Positions 62,524 to 64,000 of a DNA stretch of 64,000 nucleotides are shown here, piece by piece (the stretch's first letter is position 1; each line of letters opens with the position of its first letter). The stretch lies in NCBI GenBank assembly GCA_964483625.1, contig CAZABB010000003.1, forward strand, positions 21,895-85,894, in the 5' to 3' direction. Origin of the DNA: an uncultured Planctomycetia bacterium. GTDB taxonomy: Bacteria > Omnitrophota > Gorgyraeia > Duberdicusellales > 4484-171. A program made the translations under genes and the position numbers. Under the pieces are notes generated by a model that saw nothing but the letters and a program-made list of their open reading frames with translations, did not search any database and was not told the origin of the DNA.

Positions 62524-63408
62524 ATGAAAAACATCATAACAGGCATCATCGTGGTATGTTGGCTGACGGCAGTGGGGTGTAATTTGAGCTATGGCGAGCA
62601 GATCGGCCGGATCGTCGCTCAAGTTAATTCCGAGATTATCACCGAGAAAGACTGGAACGATTACATGAAAATCTTACGGTATAAAAACCCCAACATGCAG
62701 GTTACCGATGATATGCGGGAGGAAATACTGGAACGTCTCATTGAGGATAAGCTGATTCTTTATCACGCGGTCAAAGAGGGGATTGAGGTGCCCGCAGGGT
62801 GGATTAAGGAGAAATTGAACGAATTTATCGCCTCGTATGGTTCTTACCGGGAATTTGAAAAATCGCTTATTTCCGAAGGGCTCAATGTTACCCTGTTAAA
62901 GGAACGCCTTAAAAGCCAATATCTGACCCAGCGTATTATCGATAGATATGTTCGTTCCAAAGTGTATATATCTCCGGCGCAGGTGACGGAGTTCTACCAG
63001 GCCAATCCCGAACAGTTTTCGGCCGAACGAATGTTTACGTTATGGATAGCCCAGTCGAAATTCGATGAACAAATCTATATGCTGATGGATGCGATTAAGG
63101 AGAAAGGTATAGAGAATGTTGACCGGGAAAAATATAATCTTACCCGTGTCGAGATCGATGAACCAAGCCTCAAAGAAGACATCAAAGATATCGTTTTGGA
63201 TTTAGACATCGATGAATCGACGTTCGGGGAAAAAGACGGAACCTATTATTACATATATCTGGAGAATATTTCCGTTTCCGATCCCGTAACCCTTCAGGAA
63301 GCCAAGGAGCAGATTTATAGCTACCTCTGGCAGGAAGAATTCCGCCGGGAATTTACCGAATGGATCGAAGAGTTGAAGAAGGAAGCGATTATTAAACGGT
63401 ATGAGTAA
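62524..63408 (+). CDS. SurA/PrsA-like periplasmic chaperone
   Basis: Signal peptide, RIVAQVNSEIIT, LERLIEDKL and WIEELKKEAII. Lies between mfd and pdxA. Confidence 0.8.
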   Translation: MKNIITGIIVVCWLTAVGCNLSYGEQIGRIVAQVNSEIITEKDWNDYMKILRYKNPNMQVTDDMREEILERLIEDKLILYHAVKEGIEVPAGWIKEKLNEFIASYGSYREFEKSLISEGLNVTLLKERLKSQYLTQRIIDRYVRSKVYISPAQVTEFYQANPEQFSAERMFTLWIAQSKFDEQIYMLMDAIKEKGIENVDREKYNLTRVEIDEPSLKEDIKDIVLDLDIDESTFGEKDGTYYYIYLENISVSDPVTLQEAKEQIYSYLWQEEFRREFTEWIEELKKEAIIKRYE

Positions 63409-64000
63409 ACCGGTCGTTATAACGACAGGAGATCCCGCCGGTTGCGGGCCCCGTATCACCCTGCGTGCCGTTGAATCGATTAAAACCGGAAACATACGAT
63501 GTATTGTCGTCGGAGATAAAGAGGTGTACTGTCGGATCAAAGGCGGTAGCCGTATGTTGAACCGGGTTGAATTCGTTGACGTCGGGACAAAGAACATCTC
63601 TCGTCTTACCCCGGGCCGGGCAAGTAAGCTTTCCGGCCGGGCGAGTCTCAACTATCTTGAGCGCGCTCTGGATATCATCGCCCGGCAGAAGCTCAAGGTT
63701 CTGGTGACTGCACCGGTATCCAAAGAAGCCGTGGCGACCGGTCTTCCTTCTTTCAGAGGTCATACCGAATATTTAGCGCAGGCGTTTAACGTTTCTTCGG
63801 TTGCGATGATGATGTATTCAAGAAGGATAAACGTTGCGCTTCTCACCCGGCATATTGCCCTGCGAAAGGTTCCGGCTTCGCTGACGGCAAAATCGTTGCG
63901 AGAAACGATACGCCTTGTGGCAGCTTTTTTAAAAAAAGAATGCCGGATTCGAAATCCCCGTATTGCCGTTGCCAGTGTCAACCCTCATGCCGGCACCGGT
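63401..64000 (+). CDS. pdxA: 4-hydroxythreonine-4-phosphate dehydrogenase (partial, runs off the window)
   Basis: ATG at 63401 gives MSKPVVITTGDPAGCGP...TAPVSKE...GHTEYLA...NPHAG. Absent from the ORF track because it has no stop in the window. Confidence 0.92.
   Translation, partial: MSKPVVITTGDPAGCGPRITLRAVESIKTGNIRCIVVGDKEVYCRIKGGSRMLNRVEFVDVGTKNISRLTPGRASKLSGRASLNYLERALDIIARQKLKVLVTAPVSKEAVATGLPSFRGHTEYLAQAFNVSSVAMMMYSRRINVALLTRHIALRKVPASLTAKSLRETIRLVAAFLKKECRIRNPRIAVASVNPHAGTG

Noticed and set aside
57191-63408. yajC-secDF and surA-like genes as a dedicated export system for the giant protein
   Set aside because: This is an ordinary housekeeping arrangement behind its own promoter upstream of hisI. 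Proximity alone is not evidence.
1-64000. tRNA or rRNA genes
   Set aside because: None were recognisable, and the non-coding spacers are short and explained by the repeats above.

Overview
About 85% of the window is one uninterrupted + strand reading frame (27..54515, at least 18,162 aa). It is still open at the left edge, so the gene is probably longer. It is not a repeat adhesin or an NRPS/PKS. It is a string of roughly 30 unrelated, normally cytoplasmic enzyme-like domains: PMM-type and other HADs, guanylate kinase, HD, two (alpha/alpha)6 glycosidases, NUDIX, GT4, eukaryote-type hexokinase, two MttB methyltransferases, GATase, Glu/Leu dehydrogenase-like, radical SAM, LspA-like, HIT-type phosphorylase, EamA, pseudokinase, SAM-MTases, uridine kinase, a single-chain xanthine-dehydrogenase-like block, ICMT, a PP-loop amidotransferase and a helicase C-domain. 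The domains are separated by hydrophobic hairpin linkers that repeatedly end in a [FIL]-L-G-[MSAV] motif. Some linkers share near-identical DNA, and an internal lipobox lies close to the signal-peptidase-II-like domain. This suggests a modular, possibly processed membrane polyprotein like the giant proteins reported from Omnitrophota (taxonomy is inferred). Downstream is a housekeeping run hisI-trpE-rpsP-yajC-secDF-[RAYT transposase with palindromic flanks]-short mfd-surA-like-pdxA (partial), with 7-nt-periodic inverted repeats in two spacers. All domain calls come from reading motifs by eye, not from database searches, and internal domain boundaries are approximate.
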